Origin: Ruditapes philippinarum
Lineage: Eukaryota
NCBI RefSeq assembly: GCF_026571515.1
Contig: NW_026855127.1
Coordinates: 124,001 to 188,000, forward strand
DNA length: 64,000 nt
Reading direction: 5' to 3'
Of the stretch, positions 48,131 to 62,620 are shown in pieces. The notes under the pieces are model-generated. The model did not search any database. It had not been told where the DNA came from and saw only the letters and a list, made by a program, of their open reading frames with translations. Position 1 is the first letter of the stretch. Every line of letters starts with the position of its first letter. The position numbers were made by a program, and so were the translations under genes.

Positions 48131-50594
48131 CAACTTATAAATATTTAAATGTCAAAGGATTTATTCTGTCGTTAGAATTTCAGAGACTTCTGATAAGATT
48201 CAGTCTTTAATTCAAATTATTGATTCATGTAAGATAACTTACTCGTCGGTAACAATATCTGGAAAAAAGCCCTGTTATAAGTGTACTGAACAAGGTTGTT
48301 TCTTTGGCAATGCTTTTTCTTCTTGTAGATTTGCTAATATGTTTCCTGCTATGTGTGAAAGCCAATGTTTTCGAGCTTTCAAAATAAGATACTTTTGTCT
48401 CCAAGTATTCACCTGTTTGACCACACTGCCACTTCTCTAATGCATAAAGCATTTTATGCATTTTTTTCTTGAGCATATATGCAATTGAGTATAAAAATAC
48501 TAATAATATCAATGTTATTGCTTTACAAGAACCTTCCTAAGAATTCATAAGATGGTATTCTGGCCTTTTAGAACTTACTAAAGCCTGCTTTTACAGGTTT
48601 AACATTATATGTTTTCAAATTTGTTCTACAGTATTACCGTTTGTAGTTTAGATAATATGTATCAATGTATTTGTTTACACTTTGCAAACCAAAAAGGCAT
48701 AACAGGTTAAAATATTAATGCATATGTGTTTATACATATTTACAATACTGGAAACAGCTCTGGCAATATGATTCTATAAAAGATGATAATGATGTCTATT
48801 TATGATGCCTGAATTTAAAGTTGTGTTTTAAACGAATGGTTTGTTTAATGTTCTAATGCCTTTCAATGCAAATGAAATTTAGTCAATTTGCGCTTTAGAT
48901 TAAGCATAAAGCGTAAGTAAGAAACGAGGCTTTAAAGATTGTTTGGCAATCACTTGAAATGCTCACTCAGTCATTCAAAAATATCAACAACCCCCACTCG
49001 GAGAAGCTACTGAAAAAAACAAACATTCACATAAACGAACAACAAAAACACACATGCATCTACGAACTAAATGTAATATGAAGAGGTAAAAGAATCGCAT
49101 TGTCAATCGAGGCGTTGTCGTAAAATCTGGAGTTTTATTTCCCTATAGATTTCTTTATATTGATTAACTCGCTTTTACTGTTGTAAACAAACTGTATATG
49201 GCACTTAATCTGCCCTTTAGTAAATGAATCTTTGTCAACGATACAACTGACACGTTAAAGAGACACACTTTAACATTTAATGTAAATAACATACTGCCGT
49301 TTGTAATGCGGCTTCTTAATTTGTTGAAAATTCATTGATAACGACTTTAAAAGGCCTAAGCTTTTTATTTTATTAAATTGGCAATCCCAGAAGTATTTAC
49401 TTGAAATACTTTAATAAATTGCCAATAAAACTTTTAAATTACCACATATTGAACAAACACTATTGGTGATATTTACATACAGACATGACAAGACGTCCGA
49501 TAATAAAACTACTTTAGCGTTTGAATTTCAAAATTGTTTTCATGCCTGTTTTGATAAAATCTTAATTATTAATTTGTTTAAAATAAACTGTTTGGAAAAC
49601 GAGGCATTGTCAATGATATTTAAAGATAGTTTCAGAGTTGTAATCCCTTTTCTACCTAGTTAAAATATTAAGCAATATAATTAATGTAGTATAAATAAGA
49701 ATAAAATGACGATAGTACTAATACTAATAGTGATTTTCATAATAATAGGCTTAAAAGAAAAGCATTGATGCAAAGCATCAAAGGGCGTCCAAGCAAGAAA
49801 TGCAGCAAGTGCAGATGAACTAGTAGATATATGATGACAAGATATTCTTATAAACTCTTCAATGGTTCATTGGTTTTTACCAGAATTGTATAACACTTAT
49901 GAATGAACGGACGAAAGACATTGTTCATTATTTATAACTTTGATTGGCATGCTAGAAATTATAGTATATTACTTGTTATTTCTTTATGATCGTGGTTATT
50001 AATAGCAACGGATATACATGTATACAATCATTTATAATCCATATGTGTAACGCATTATCAACACCACACTTCACTTGTGTAATTGTCCCTTATAATGTTA
50101 TCGCTATTAGCAAGACCCCCTCTTAAGGTATCTGTTCATACTTAGTAACAATATGACACTTGTTATATTACCATGTCGATCATGTTGTGCATAATTGTTT
50201 ATTATACAATAATTGTAATATCTATTTTAATAAAAAAAAATACAGATTTTATGAATCTTGTTTTATTTTATTTTTTGTGTGTGTTTTATGCGCTATTTTA
50301 ATACTGAGTTTTTACGTTTACTACTATTTTAAGAATTCAATTGTCATATTGACCGACGATTATAAGTCAAAACTTAACTGGAAAAAAGTAAATTATGGTT
50401 AATCTTTCAATATATAATAGTGTTTATTCTTAAACCATATACATGTTCATTTGTATTTTTCTTTATCATTTTTTAAATTATCAATCAATTGAATAATTCA
50501 TAAAATCTGATTTGTAACTTTGAATTGTATCATAGGTTGGGTACCTTTCTGTTGAAAAAGTGTCAGAGTTAAATCGTATACATATACATGCACA

Positions 50595-50910
50595 GTGCGG
50601 TAACTGGAGTGCGGGTATCAGTTACCCGCACTCCAGATAATGACCGTGGATTGGTTCATTTTTGCCGGGGTTTACATATTGTGACGGCAGAGAAAGGGAA
50701 AGGGGCAGAACTATCATATTCAAATGCTCGTTCATTGGTTAATTTTTTCTGGGGTTTCATATTATGACAACAGGGAACGTGCTGTCATGTTTGACTATGA
50801 TACAAAAGAGAAAGAACACCAAAACACTCGGCAATCTGATTTATACTCGGGGGCTACGCCCCCTCGTACAAATCAGATAGCCTCGTGTTTCGGTGCTCTT
50901 TCTATTACTA
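50595..50910. mobile_element. Hairpin-bounded non-autonomous element (unclassified)
   Basis: Perfect 14-bp stem ctggagtgcgggta/tacccgcactccag (50604-50636) and a second long hairpin atctgattt..ctcgggggc-tac-gccccctcg..aaatcagat (50834-50878). Confidence 0.6.
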
Positions 50911-53900
50911 ATTCCTCGGCATCTTTACTAAACACGAATAACAAATTAAATAAAATGTTTCAAAGTTGATAGTGTCATATTAATGCCATAAAAATGCACT
51001 TTTTTTCTCAATTATTGTACATATTTATTGTTTTTATCTCATATAGATAAAATAAAACATGCGATTTGTGTTGTTGGTTTTTTTTCGAATGGTATGTTTA
51101 TGTATAATAATAATCAATAAATTTGAGAGTTGATCTGTGTTTCTTATTAATTATTGTAACCAAAGTAAGTGACAAACATTCATTTTGAAAAAAAAGCTTA
51201 TTTATCTGTAAAATACTTGTTCTGTTTTAACATCTACTCCAAAACCGGGAGAGACCGGACAATAAACGTGTGGTACTATTCGCCGGTCACTAGTAAATGC
51301 CGGTTAAAATAGACCAGGAGAGACCAGGAATTACAGATATGAGTACATCCCTCTATAAATAGATTTTCGGAATATTTAGGTCATCAACTCATCATTCTAT
51401 TTACAGCTTTCGGAATAACATACCATAATAACCCACTGTGTACTACAAAATGAAACTACCCGAAGAGAGCGATTTATTGACGGAAAAGGTTATTTTGCAT
51501 TGCGAAATTCTCCAGTTCGCTATTCATTGTACATATCGCGACTAATTAATAATCAAGCACCCTCATACCGATCGGAATGATCGGTTTTTTATTATGAACA
51601 ACTATAAAAGGCTCGAGAAGTTGCTGTCGCCCTTTCACAAAATCTGATTTCATTCCATAAAAGGCGCTGCGCTTCGGCGCGGACGCCAAAAATATATAGA
51701 AACTTCTTTTATAGTGTGGAAATAGTTAATATATGTACGCAAGTAGCCTTAATAAAAGGAAACGAAAATGATCCTGTTGCAAAGTAGCATTGACTCAGAA
51801 CAAAAAAAACCGAGTCTGCCTTGCAAGTGAAAATATAAATGAAAATTTCTCAGTTGTCCATTTCCTCGATTAGAACAATTTGCATTACAAAGACGATCAA
51901 TCATACTTAGGATACTTTTAGCAAAATTTACAGGACATATTTCCAAGAATATCATTCATTTTGCAAAAATTGTTTGTCTTTTTTTTCTCAACACTATGTC
52001 TGCTGTAATAATAAATCATTAAATAAGAAATAATTTTTTTTTATATTTTTATTACAATGATAAATTACCATATTTCATTAATCACTGTTAAATGCATACA
52101 TAATGTTATTATTTTGGTGAATAAATGTTTATGGTTTGGCCATTCGTATTGAGGTGACAAAATGAATCATTATAATACATGACCTATGCTTCATCCTTGA
52201 AATCTAGCGACTGAGGATCGTAATTAAAATCTGTATTTTAAATCTAAATATTCCTTTATGACAAACATTTGAACACTCAGACAACGTAGTTTTTTATAAA
52301 TAGTTGATAATGAAAAAGGTATTGTTAATATGTTCTAATAACAGTAAAATAAATACAAAAGAATGCTATGTTACCAATTTCATTATTATTAAGTATTATG
52401 GCTTTTACCTTGTAACATAAAAATGAAACAAATATTGTTTAATTCTACGATATGATAACAGATCTTTATTATTTTAATATAATCTATGATTTTTTTTAGA
52501 TTATCGTTTTGGAAAAAAAGTCGAGCTATCGTTTTCGTCGTACAAAATCTTTAAAGAAGCCCACTTTTCAAACAATTTAAAGATTAACAACATGAAACTT
52601 TTAAGATTTTTTTTATCTTGACATGGTGAAGTTGTAAGACAGAGGGCATAATAATGAAAGCTATATTTAGATATTATGTCAATAGGATATGTAACATTCT
52701 GTTAACACGTGTATTTCTTGAAATACCCGGTTTGTCGTCATGTCATAAAGTAACTCATTTCACTATTACAACAAGTGGAAAAGTGTTCCTGTTAATATCT
52801 TTGATTTTTATTCAAGCCATATCTTATTCCATAAAGGCATTTTATGTCGCATGTGACTAAGTATTTGTCGTAAAGATCAAAAGAATTTGCTTTCAAAAGA
52901 ATTACATTTACTGCAGCACGTTAAGATTAATGTGCTCATGAATTTCATTCTCCAAGTTATGCATCGAAATTACATTTATCAAGTTCTGATAACCGGAAAA
53001 AATATTTTTCATAGAAAGCCATTTAATTATCCAAATTTAGAAACTGAGACTGAATCAGAATCAGAATCAAATTATTTTAATTTGTGTTCTGTTATATGTA
53101 ATTAAGCCCATTTGTCTTCATATACAGTTTTAAATCATGTAAATTCGTATTGATTAACTCAAAGGTGTGACTTTCAAACATTTTCTCATATGTTCATAAA
53201 CCATACCATGTTAAATATTTTATGTCATTACAGTATATAAAGTCTGAATTATATTTGATGTTTTCCCCTCAAAACCAATATCAAATAATTTCAACTAGAT
53301 TTCATTTCTATAAATACATGTATATTAAAACTTTAATAAGCTTTACGCAACAAATATAGATATGTAGAAGCAATTAAAAATATTAGATGAAAATTGCCGA
53401 CTCGGTTTGAGTGAGTCTGTTCATGATGTTCATAAGAGATAATGTTAAAAACGTGCTGGATTTAATAACCCCGATGGACCAGAAATTATAAAAACACATT
53501 TTGCATCATGATCGTCAGAAACTGTGTTTATATAGATAAAGATACAAACGGAAATAAAACAGATTAATGTGATTAATTTACACGTTGTTAGCTCTAATTA
53601 ATATGAATTATCTTATTTCCTTTTTTATTTCATTTTATTTTTAATCACAATACAAACCTTTATGAAATTCATGAAAATAATATAATTGTCTCCTATTTCG
53701 TTTAAAAGAACTCCATTGAGGTCCATAAATCTATATATTTGAATTATTTTCAAAATAAGCTGGGCAACTTTAAACAGAAACGTATGCAAATGTTATTCAG
53801 AACAAAATACCCAAAAAGAGATTGAAGATCGTATCATATGCTCTTCTTAGCCCGTTTTGAGCACTTTTCATAACCTTTCATGAACAAGGTCAATCAAACC

Positions 53901-56629
53901 GAGCCTGCAACATTTGCATTTTTTTCGTTTTGTGCGTTCTTTAAGGATTCTTTATAATTTTCTATATTAATAAAAAAGATATTCTGGAGAATGGTTTTAA
54001 ATTCTGCACACAGTATAATTTGTTTAGACCTACTTCAACGGGAACATTAATCTTGAAAAACTATTTCCAGTCCTGTCATGTCCAAACACCTCAAAGGATT
54101 CCTAAAAAAGACTGACAATATATTTATTTCAGGTCTCTTTGTCAGAAAATGTGCATTGAATAAAGAGCCGTTTTCATTATTACCCGCTGGGAAGTCAGTA
54201 AAATATAAGTAAAAAATGAAGGCCTTACAAAGCTCTTAAATGGGTTATCTTACATTTCTTATACAAGTTATTCAGCGATATCTTTTGTTTAAAAGTTTTG
54301 CGTCTGTGTTTGTATCGGCGAAACGACCAGAATCTTAAATAAATACGTCAGAAGATTAAATGTTGCATTCGTTGACAAAATTTTCTATTGTACGATGGTT
54401 AATTACTTTTTATGATTATAGTTATTCTGATAATTTTACATTTAAAAATTATTGTAAAATATATCTTTGAATCGCAGAGCCAACTTACTTTACAACGTTT
54501 TTCTGTATTTCTCTGTCATATTTGAGAGGAAACAATGACAAACACTCTATCCAGACAATTATTACGGTCTGGGTGTTGACTTTGATAAAAAAAGGACAAT
54601 ACACTGTCAGTTACCTATTTGCTAGAAACTTCTGAAAGCAATCTGTTCACAAGTTAACTACGCAATAGACGTTCTCAATTTATATATATATAGTCATGTT
54701 AACTTTATGATAAGCATAATGTCAATCAATATTTTGACATTGTTTGTCAGCAGTCACATTTTCTCGCTGTTATCTTGTCATGCTGTCCGGTTGAGCTGTT
54801 GTGTGGACTGTGGAATGTTTGTGCATTCCTTTCCCTCGGTTAAAATGAGATTCTGTAACATCACCAGTTACATGTACCAGTGTTCATTTTATGATTTTTT
54901 CTGTCTTATTTAGTTTTATGACGTATGCTTTTGAAATGATACATGTAATTATGATCCCGGACATACATTTAAAACACCATTTGTCTGATTGTTGGCAGTT
55001 TCGTTTTTGTGTAAGTTTGCAGGGTCCTCTTTGCAAAACATGAGGACCTAGGCCATAAACCAAGCAATATGTCGTGGCTTGGTCGTCTTTGAATCGTCGA
55101 CTTGTTTTTTTCTATTATCGTAGACCGACTTAAAATTTCAAATGCAAGGTCAGTGAGACTAAATGCTAGTGAATATATACTTTCGATTGGTCACGATACA
55201 GTGGTCATATAGTTTTCTATGAATGCAATTAAGTGATGTGTTGTAAAATGAACGCTACGTATATGATCAAGTAGATTGTTTTAGATCAGAGGATATTCTT
55301 TATAGCATTATAAGGCTATAAGCTCTAATGCAAGGAAAATGGAAGCAAGATAAAGTCTCAGAAATTTCCTCAAATGAGACTTTAAAGTAAAGTTTAACTA
55401 AAGTTTTTCTCGTACCAAGATTGTTATCAATATTAAATCTAAAAGAAAAGTAAGCTAAAAGTATTTGTGTCAAGTTTAAAATAAAACGACATTTGAGTTA
55501 TAATTAAGGCCTCGCTTGCATGTGTTTTAATGAATCTTCTTAAAATGCACAATATTGAAGAGAAAAATGATATTCATTCACTTAAAAATCAATTTAAGAA
55601 ATCTGTTCATAAACATGAGTTACATGTACATAGATTCAAGGCAATTTTAAAGTAAATGTAACACAAGGATATAAAGGTCAAAGAGCCAAAAAGTCTTCAT
55701 TTAAAATGCTATAACAAAACTTAATATTTCTATGGTTCTTTCGTGAATTAAAATCACTGGAAATAAGTCGCTGGTAACAATATCTCCTCAAAATGTACAT
55801 ACTCTGTCTTTGAAGTACGATTACATGTTTTGCAGAAGGAGTTACCTAATAACTATTTAATATTCCTGTACGTTTGGTGTTGTTCTCATGTTTTAATACC
55901 AGAAATCATTACGGCAAACAAAATATCAAGTTTTATATTGTAGACGGAAAGAAACCTATGGCGCAAAAATATTTTTTTGCTGAATTAAGGTTATCTAAAA
56001 TGATATAAATATATACATTATATGACTAGTAATAAGAAAGTAAATAAGTAAAACTGGCTACAAATAGACTAATGACGTCTTTGTGACGTGATTGTTTGAC
56101 AACAATTTTGCTGCTATGTGACGCTCGGTTCATGTTATTTAATTTGATGTGTACATTCATTTGTGATTAATGTGCTAACTAGGCATCATTTTCTCTGTTG
56201 CGAATAGTTACGCATGCTTGGAAACAAAAGATATTTCGAATTTTGATGTAGAGTCAAATGTACTACTTTCAATAGTTTAATAGTTTCAAAAATTTCAATA
56301 GTTGTATAACGTACTGTAATAGACATTTATATATATATTAAATAAAACGTGTATATATTCTAAATACTCATTCATTAACATTCCAACTACAAGTAGAAAC
56401 AGGTCAAAATAAACTCGCAAAAAAGACAACCCTTACTGCGTAAATCATATGGTGATAGGTACTGAAAATTAGTCATTATTCGTACATTACATATAAATTA
56501 AAACTTGAATCGTTTTACTTGTAAACTTTTCTAAAAATCTTTGAACATTTTTTCTCAGGTATAATTTCTTGAAATATTTTTGTAGATCTGGAGACACGAA
56601 GAATTAATTTTATCTCAAGTCTAGTAACC

Positions 56630-57160
56630 ATAAAAGTATAGAAAAAAAGTTACAGAAATAAACTAAAATTAACTACACACGTCTGATCGTAATAAAATAT
56701 TTAACTTATATATCCAAATGAATGTTTATGAACAAGTCATCCACAAATGTAAGTGGTTAATCGTATATAAAAGACTGCGAATGAAATAATTTTAATTTGG
56801 CTACTAAAAATATCATATCAAGATACAGAAATAAACTTATTTTATTGACTACACACGTTTGACCTTAATACGATATTGAACTTATATCTCCAATTGTATA
56901 TTTATGGTCGTGTCTTCCACAAATGTAGGGAGGGGGATAATTGCCAATGAAAAGCTTTTATTTTGGATATTAAAAATGATTATATCAAGATACAGAAAAC
57001 ATAAAAGAAATATAATTAACTTTTGACTACACACGTCTGACCTAAATACAATATTTAACTTTTATATCCAAATGAATATTAATGGGCATATCATCTGCAA
57101 ATGAAGGCGTTGAAACGCATTAGAAGCACTACCAATTAAATGCTTTTATTTTCGAATGAT
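56630..57160. repeat. Diverged ~177-bp tandem repeat, 3 copies
   Basis: actacacacgt(c/t)tga..aactt(a/t)tat..ccaa at 56672, 56848 and 57026. Confidence 0.8.
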
Positions 57161-59049
57161 GATTACATGATTATACCCAGATTTAAGAATTGAGGTCGAA
57201 TGTTATTCGGAAACACGTTTATGTCGTGTTTATCTTCCTGTCTATGATATTTTACTAAATTGATACTTCTATAACGTAATGAATTCCGATATCATAATAT
57301 ATATTGCAAAGGAACATAATGTAAATCTACTAATGAGTTTCTGTTTGCTTATAATATATCCTCATATGCAATATAGTCTCTATTAGTTCATAAACAATAA
57401 TTTATTAGTTTTAAGCATCCATAAAATATAACTGTCGTTTTGTAGTACTTGTTCTGTTTTTTTAATTCAGAAGTTGTACTTCTAGGTGAAGAAAATTGCA
57501 CGAACCGAGAACTTAAATTGATATTGACACAATTATGTCAAAAATAAAAAAAAATCTGCAATAAGTTAAAGAAAATGAAAATTAAGAGAGTATTATATAT
57601 GAGTATTATATATATTACATTTTTCGTCTATTTCTTACATGTAAAAGAATAAGTTATATCTGTAAATAACGTAAACGCAATACAATAAAAATAAAAATAA
57701 ATATATGTTATTATAAAATATATTATTATACAGAATGTTAGGCAATAAATCATTCCTATACCCTTATTCTTATAAAATTTCTAAATGTACTTTTTAAAAT
57801 TTCGATTTTGGAAAATATGAAATTATATTAACCTTTATCAAACCGAAACTCAACCCATTCCCACAAAAATTATTTCCTTACAATGGTGACACCTAATAAG
57901 ACTTTGACCACCAACAGTTAATCAATGCAATACAAGCTGAACGTCCACTGCGAGAAAGAATATAATAAAATATCAAAATGAAAATATTTTTACTGAAAGA
58001 AGTACTTGTTCTAAAACTTTGCCAAGATAAATCTTCGGATACAAAGAATATGGTCATAAAAAGTAAATTGTTTTTAATGTCTGAAAACAAACAGGAAAAA
58101 TATGCATTAATTTTGCAGTGTAATTATTATATAATTCCAAGTACCGGCATAAATTTTTCAACTGTTCATTGTTACGTCTGGAAAAAAATACGTCATTCAG
58201 GAAAAACACATTTTTTAAAATATTGATCAAACATAATAATAACGAAGAAAAATAGTGTAAACATCTATAATAATTACAATAAGTTTTCTCTAAAAACATG
58301 AAGCCAAGTGGGAATGCATGAATGAGGAAGAAAAATCAGAAAATAATCAACTATACGTTTAGACAGAAAATGAAAGGTGTAATCGAGTGGACAATTTTCA
58401 CTTATGAATGACATTTAGAATAAGTATCTTTTATGTCTTGTAAACATGTTCATGTTTTACCAGTTACTTCCGTTATTACTGTCGTTTATTGCAATATCTC
58501 AAAAGTTTATAAAGTTTATAGATTACTCTTACTAATCAGAATCTATTTGTGACAACATTTTATTGATTATAAATTACCGACATATTACAAAAACAATACT
58601 TTTACGTTCGGTTAGTATTTTTAAATAACTTTGAGGTATTAAAACCTATTTTAAGATATCTTAAATCAATTTATGTAATTATCATGTGTATGAAAGCATC
58701 GTAAAAATGCAAGTTGAACTTGAATTCCATTTTTTAATTTTACTTGAAAATGAATGACTATTATGAAACACAAAGCAAACGATCTTTCTTTGACAATGTG
58801 TTTTTACCCGTTATATTCAATTTCTTAAGTTAATGTTACGAATACGAATTATCACTTGGACATCCCCGAAAAGTCTGATTTAAAAAAGAAAATGAATAGC
58901 CGTGACCAATAAGCGAATTGGAAAGTGATTGAATAATTTCATACATTTCATTGGAAACATATAACATATAAAGAAATTAACTTAAAACCAATAAATAAAG
59001 AGTAAATGCGCCTTTTGCGTGCAATAATATCTGCAAAATATCTTTTTAT

Positions 59050-59157
59050 TTATGTCGTGCTCACGAGATTCTATGTCGTGACCACGAGATAAATAAGTGG
59101 AGCGTACGAAATACTATGTCATGGCCACCAGTTACTAAGTCGTGGGAACGAGATAAT
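59050..59157. repeat. ~21-bp palindromic minisatellite (TCGTGnnCACGAGAT), about 5 degenerate copies
   Basis: tatgtcgtgctcacgagat, tatgtcgtgaccacgagat, ..., taagtcgtgggaacgagat. Confidence 0.7.
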
Positions 59158-61386
59158 TTATATCGTCTTAATATTTCAAATTCGCAACAAGCATGATGAA
59201 TATTTTCATAATGAATTGCCAAAAATAAAAAGCAGACTAAGAAAACAATGACCGAAGTATAGAACCATCAATTTCTATATTAATTATTATCTCAAAACTT
59301 TTCCGAAATAAATTCGTAATTTTAGGACACGATAATAGATAATATATTCCGTCTTAAGATTTGATAACGTGAGCATAATTTTATGATTAATGCAACATTT
59401 GCGTTCATTTCCAACACAGATATTGAACTGCCTGTCTTAATTTGGGGGTTAACATATCTAAACCAAAATTGAATGACAAGATGGGTGGATTGGGTAAATG
59501 TTAAGGGAAAAGATGAATGAACTGAATTGTGAATGTTTTATACTTTTATTAAGATCTTCAAACATATTTCCCATAATTGATCTTGAACTTGTTTGGCTGA
59601 TTTTAACGCATGTATATTTAATGGTTATATATCTTCAAGAAATATGCATTTGAAATTTTTAATTTATTAAAATTAACAGTGATTTGTAGGAGCTTTACCA
59701 TTGTAGCCGAAGATACACGAACAAAGTAAAGGTTGTGAATTAAGGCTTGATTGTAAATTACAAAAAAGGCCACACGTTCACTATTTCGCTAGTCACTATT
59801 GCATTTGGGAAGTACATGGTATGCAAGCAAAAGGTGTCTCATAAGTCAGAAATGGCTGGCCCTTTCAGAAGGGGTGACACTATAATAAACAAGACCTTTA
59901 CCTTTTATATAACATTGTTCCAAACATTATATCGTGCTGTATTTAACTACAAACGTCTTCGCGACATTGAAGTTATTACCTTCTGTTTTGCATGTATTCT
60001 CCTAAAATTCTCAATTCTAAACACATTTCAAATGAATATAAGAAACTAAAAAGAAGGATTAATCTTTTTCAGTTTGTACAAGTCTCGGTCGTTTCGTCAA
60101 TTTGAAAATTTTGATTTACCTAATCATGTGCCATCAACGTCATTAGACTTAGCATCATACCATTTTAATAGGTTAAAGTGTTTTTTTTTTATTTAAATAT
60201 TTCGATTATCAGAAAATGTATTTAGATGCAGGCCACATATGTTTCACGAATTTATTATTTATTGTACTTACATGGCTATAAACGATCGTTGATACATTTA
60301 TCAAATACAATGGCTGGCGTGCAATGAATAATTATTGCAAAACTTAATATACTAATTCTTTGCACCTAGCCCTTTACTGTAAAAAGTTGGTTTATTTTCA
60401 TGTCTTCTTTTTATATGTTGCAATTAGGCAAAAGTTTCAAAATCAAAACAGAACTTCCAAATTACTAGAAAGTCTTTGATATTTAATTTTTTGTATAGTT
60501 CATAACTTTTATGTTCTAACAATAACCGTTTTGACACTATTATTTTTAATTATCACAAAGGTAAGGGTACTATTGTCTACATTATAGATGCATTTCATTC
60601 AATACACTGTTCTCTTTCCTGCAATAACACATTAAGGCTTTCATAAGATGACTTGGCATTGAAAGGGTTCAAATGGGCTTTTTGAAAAGAATAAACAATT
60701 ATTACCAATACAAAACAAAACAGTTCTGTTATATTATCAATACAATACAGTTTATTTCATATTTGTACAAAACTGGTGTGAACATTTACCAAAATTTGAG
60801 TTTTCAATTATTATTTTCAAAACATAAATGCAAGAAGTAAATTCTTACTCTGTTATATCAGAGGAACACAACAATATATTCATAAATTCTGACAACAATT
60901 AATGAGACAAATAGTAAATAATATCGTATACAATCAAGAATAACAACAAAATAAAATGAAAACAAATATGTATTTTGTAAAGGATAAAAATGAACAAACT
61001 TTATGATTCATCTAACACAATTTGTTCAATAAAATGTTATGACATTGATAACTAATTACATTATCATGTTAACAAGATAATGATTAGAATGATAATGATA
61101 ATTAAATGTTATAAAATGATTGGTACTTTCACCAAAACCGGAGCGTTATCCATGATAGGTTTTGTTCTTTATTTATTTCTTTAAATAAACACAAACAACT
61201 CTGTTAATTTTTAATGTTGCTCTCCCGTGTTGATCGTTTTGTTTCATAATTCATGGATACAGTAAAATTCTTTTTATTAACTTGTTGTAGGTAAGATCAT
61301 TTCTGATCAATTAAAAGTAAGGTAATTCCTTTAGGTGCATGCCTCCAGATGAGCAAATATATTTCAAGAAATCAAACTTGTAGATT

Positions 61387-62352
61387 TCAAACTGGATGTA
61401 CCAGATTTTTCTTTTTGCACAGCAGTAGCTTCACTTCTTTTCTAAATTTGGTTCCGCTAAGGAAGTAAATAAAAAAATTGATAACATTAGTTATCAACAT
61501 ACATCCTGTAGCTAGTGTATTAAATAACAGAATTTCCGCGTCTTCATGTGAGTTGCCTTGCGGCCGCTGCGCACTTTTGTACATAAGTGAATATATCACT
61601 ATAGGGAAAACACAAACTAAGAATGTACCTGTTACTAAACTCAGTGTTACTGTAATTTGAGACATTTTCCCCCTGTATGCGTTCCCTCTTATGTCGTTTT
61701 CTTGAACATGACTGTTTCCCATACATCGTTTGCAATTCTGTATTGCAAACTTTGTGAAAATGTACACGTTTATTGTCAACAAAATGCCTAAGGAAGCAAA
61801 ACTTATTATAAATATATTAAACAACTGCCATACTCTCCAAACCCACTCTTTATATATATCATTTTCACCCAAACAATTGCCTTGTTTAGCAGTACTTATT
61901 CGATAAAACACATGACAAATAAGGATGAATGTAGTAATCGGAATTACTCCAATAGCAATGTTTGCATTTCGAAGAGAGCAATAAATATTTGATTTATGTG
62001 GGAAACGTATTCTGATAAAGCGCTCTATATTTAAAGCCACTACATACAGAATGGATGCCTGGCCAATAAAATATGCAAATGCCTTATGCGTTTTGCACAA
62101 CAAACTTGGTGAATTGTTGATATTATAACCGAATACAGCATCGACCCATATAACCGGAATCAGCAGCCAAAGGTTCATCAGATCTGTAATAGCCAGTGCA
62201 AGCATTAATCGGGCAGTTGAAAACTTTCGATGCCTTGCTTGTGTGAGAACCACTATTGTTATGATGTTCCCGAAAGTACCAATACACAATAGTAATGGTA
62301 CGACAAATTGATTGAAAATTAAATGAAGTCGAAATTCTAAAAAGATTTCCAT
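61387..62352 (-). CDS. Class A GPCR with the coding region in one exon, FMRFamide/peptide-receptor-like, 321 aa from the first ATG
   Basis: TM1 IGTFGN, TM2 LALAITD, Cys before TM3, TM3 NIERF..IRFP, TM6 FLVCVFP, TM7 INFFIYFLSGTKFRKE. The ORF-track start at 62409 is TTG; the first in-frame ATG is at 62352. A splice acceptor tttcttttccttacag lies at 62521 in the 5' UTR. Confidence 0.9.
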   Translation of the reverse strand: MEIFLEFRLHLIFNQFVVPLLLCIGTFGNIITIVVLTQARHRKFSTARLMLALAITDLMNLWLLIPVIWVDAVFGYNINNSPSLLCKTHKAFAYFIGQASILYVVALNIERFIRIRFPHKSNIYCSLRNANIAIGVIPITTFILICHVFYRISTAKQGNCLGENDIYKEWVWRVWQLFNIFIISFASLGILLTINVYIFTKFAIQNCKRCMGNSHVQENDIRGNAYRGKMSQITVTLSLVTGTFLVCVFPIVIYSLMYKSAQRPQGNSHEDAEILLFNTLATGCMLITNVINFFIYFLSGTKFRKEVKLLLCKKKNLVHPV

Positions 62353-62548
62353 ATTTTTTGTCGTACGGTAAATATTTTTGGTAAAGTGAACAATAGCTTC
62401 TATGTACAACCGTTTTTCATATACAGCCTTATTCTTCTTTATGTTGTATAGATATATCTATCAGCTTCCAGTTGTCAGATTGAAAATTTAGCAGCACAAA
62501 TTGGACGACTGTTTATATTCCTGTAAGGAAAAGAAATGTTGGTTAATT

Positions 62549-62620
62549 GATGGATGAAAGGATGGATGGATGGATGGATTGGTTTGATTGATGGATGGAT
62601 GGATGAATGGATGGATGGAT
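62549..62620. repeat. (GGAT)n microsatellite in the 5' UTR intron of the GPCR
   Basis: gatggatggatggatggatt..atggatggatggatgaatggatggatggat. Confidence 0.9.

Noticed and set aside
32000-61000. Numerous 60-120 aa ORFs in the intergenic region
   Set aside because: AT-rich random composition, no recognisable motifs and no phase-consistent exon chains.
62353-62409. ORF-track N-terminal extension of the GPCR
   Set aside because: It starts at TTG, with an in-frame TAG further upstream in the same exon; the first ATG is at 62352.
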